NCBI RefSeq assembly: GCF_006345805.1
Contig: NC_043004.1
Span: 6,944,001 to 7,008,000, forward strand
DNA length: 64,000 nt
DNA from: Octopus sinensis
Lineage: Eukaryota
Reading direction: 5' to 3'
Positions 61,928-64,000 of the stretch are shown here, in pieces; position 1 is the first letter of the stretch; each line of letters begins with the position of its first letter. The notes under the pieces are model-generated. The model had not been told where the DNA came from. It worked only from the letters and a program-made list of their open reading frames with translations, and did not search any database. Made by a program: the position numbers and the translations under genes.

Positions 61928-62734
61928 GAACAAAAAAATCGATAGACCGAGTCCCATACTTGCAGCTTTCAGATTTCCATGCGCACAGTTGAAACTCGAT
62001 CTGAAAAGACCTATATTATAGTTACGCTTTCTACTTTCGAATTGATATTAAAATTTTCTAGAATAGTGTGTTGAGAGGGTTTTGTTGTTAGAATCACCAT
62101 TTACCCGATGTGAGTAGTTATCGTGATTGAATATCATCATATGAATGAATACTATGAACTGGCGAAGTGGAATGCAATAGTGATACAAAAATAAGGCTTT
62201 CTATACTTTTCTAGCGTGTACATCTGAAGAGAATAAGAATGTTAGGTTACTGCTTCAATTATAAGTGTAAGATTCTAGAATTAAAGTTGCCAAGTTTCCA
62301 AAACGACGTTGTTGGTATGACGTTAGTAAAATAACTCCTTAAAAGGCAAAGTTTGTAAAAAGGGTCGGAAAATTGCTAAGCGACTAAAATAGTAAATAAT
62401 TAATTCAGAATCAGGTTGATTTCGTTAATGGCTATGATTACGGTATTTTTATTTCTATAGTAGCTAATATGACATGATGCTGACGTTATGAAATAGTGAA
62501 TGGGAGGAATGGACGTGCGTAAAAGTACGTCATGACAGAACGTGACCTTGTGACTGGCTTCCGAAAAGTAGGAACGTCATTAAGCGATGATTTTGAACGA
62601 AAAATTGACACAGGAAATAATAAAAACAGTATTTATGAATTTTATGTTCCTCATCATTTCATTCTTCTGTCGTTGATAAGCGAAGTGCTAGTTAAGTACT
62701 GCGTCTGACTCTCTCTCATTCACACACACACACA

Positions 62735-62776
<42 letters not shown>

Positions 62777-62914
62777 ACATACTAAGCTGTGCTGTGAAGA
62801 GTTGAAGACCACTCGGAAAATTCTTTTCTCCAGGAAATGGGCCAGGGCAAAGCAACTGCTTCTCATAGAAAAGTTTTCAACTTATATACAACTTAAACAT
62901 AATAATAATCGTCC

Positions 62915-63045
62915 CTACTATAGTTGCAAGGCCTGAAATTTGAGGAGGCTGGGATAGTTCATTACACTAGTGCTCAATTGGTACTTATTTCGACCCTGAT
63001 AGGATAAAAAGCAAAGTCGACCTCGGCGGAATTCGACGTCGGAAT
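62915..63045 (-). mobile_element. SINE family B fragment
   Basis: ggataaaaagcaaagtcgacctcggcggaattc. Confidence 0.65.
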
Positions 63046-63145
63046 AAGAGCCAAAAGAAATGTTGCATTATGCATTTGTTTTACAAAATTATTGATGTAA
63101 AATCGTGTGTTGAAACAGACATTGTTATATTTGAGGACGGTCAAA

Positions 63146-63693
63146 GGCGGCGAGCTGGCAGAAACGTTAGCATGCCGGGCGAAATGCTTAACCGTATTTT
63201 GTCTGTCGCTACGTTCTGAGTTCAAATTCCGTCGAGGTCGACTTTGCCTTTCATCCTTTCGGGGTCGATTAAATAAGTACCAGTTGCGCACTGGGGTTGA
63301 TATAATCGACTTAATCCGTTTGTCTGTCCTTGTTTGTCCTCTCTGTGTTTAGCCCCTTGTGGGTAGTAAAGAAATAGGTATTTCGTCTGTGTTTACGTTC
63401 TGAGTTCAAATTCCGCCGAGGTCGACTTTGCCTTTCATCCTTTCAGGGTCGATTAAATAAGTACCAGTTGCGCACTGGGGTTGATATAATCGACTTAATC
63501 CGTTTGTCTGTCCTTGTTTGTCCTCTCTGTGTTTAGCCCCTTGTGGGTAGTAAAGAAATAGGTATTTCGTCTGCATTTACGTTCTGAGTTCAAATGCCTT
63601 TTATCCTTTCGGGGTTGATAAATCAAGTACTGGGTCGATCTAATCGACTGGCCACCTCCCCCAAAATTTCGGGCCTTGTGCCTAGAGTAGAAA
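63146..63693 (+). mobile_element. SINE family B, young, with an internal unit of about 184 bp present about 2.5 times
   Basis: tRNA-like head; motif gtcgactttgcctttcatcctttcggggtcgat (resembles the Meta-SINE core as I recall it, unverified); CpGs intact. Confidence 0.9.
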
Positions 63694-64000
63694 TATATAT
63701 CTGAGGATGGTCATATTTTGGCAATTAAACACATATACTATCAGACTGGAGTCTGGTGCAGCTCCCCAGCTTGCCAGCTCTGGTCAAATTGTTCAACCCA
63801 TTTCAGCACGAACAATGGAGGCTAAATGATGATGACAATGACTATATATTTGATCTTCCCTTCAGCTTTATTACTATTATTTTAGGGTCTTTGTCAGAGC
63901 TTTTTCATCACACATCCATATCTAACAGGGATTCATATCACAGAAAGACAAAAAAGAATAAGGAGAGCAAGAGGAGACACATGAGATAGAGTTGCTGAAG

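Larger units (their letters stand above)
59800..62900. promoter_or_regulatory. CpG-retaining region, possible promoter(s)
   Basis: Hand count about 28 CpG in 60781-61440 versus about 2 in 3541-4200; six TGACGT/ACGTCA hexamers at about 60836, 60885, 62318, 62482, 62526 and 62574. Confidence 0.45.

Overview
AT-rich, microsatellite-dense animal genomic DNA. The SINE families and repeat style look like an octopus (coleoid cephalopod) genome; this is inference from pattern recognition, not a database match. No intact host gene could be assembled, and most ORFs in the track are translations of simple repeats. The window is a layered transposon landscape: at least four tRNA-derived SINE families; a young 5'-truncated RTE LINE (37.3-39.4 kb) with many scattered 3' ends; a young CR1/Zenon-type LINE 3' end (27.9-29.0 kb); R4/Dong-type fragments beside (AAT)n; Penelope-like (PLE) relics; an internally deleted Ty3/Gypsy element with both LTRs; and mariner and pogo relics. 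Main observations: (1) six hammerhead-ribozyme-like motifs, three with a complete catalytic core, one at the apex of a 264-bp fold-back; (2) a 40-nt 3' tail with a covarying hairpin shared by the CR1 LINE and the commonest SINE; (3) a PHD-type zinc finger inside the RTE protein just after the RT core; (4) two near-identical tandem duplications bounded by (TA)n, real or assembly artefacts; (5) an abrupt rise in CpG density after about 59.8 kb with CRE-like motifs and a candidate first exon, suggesting a promoter next to a methylated gene body.
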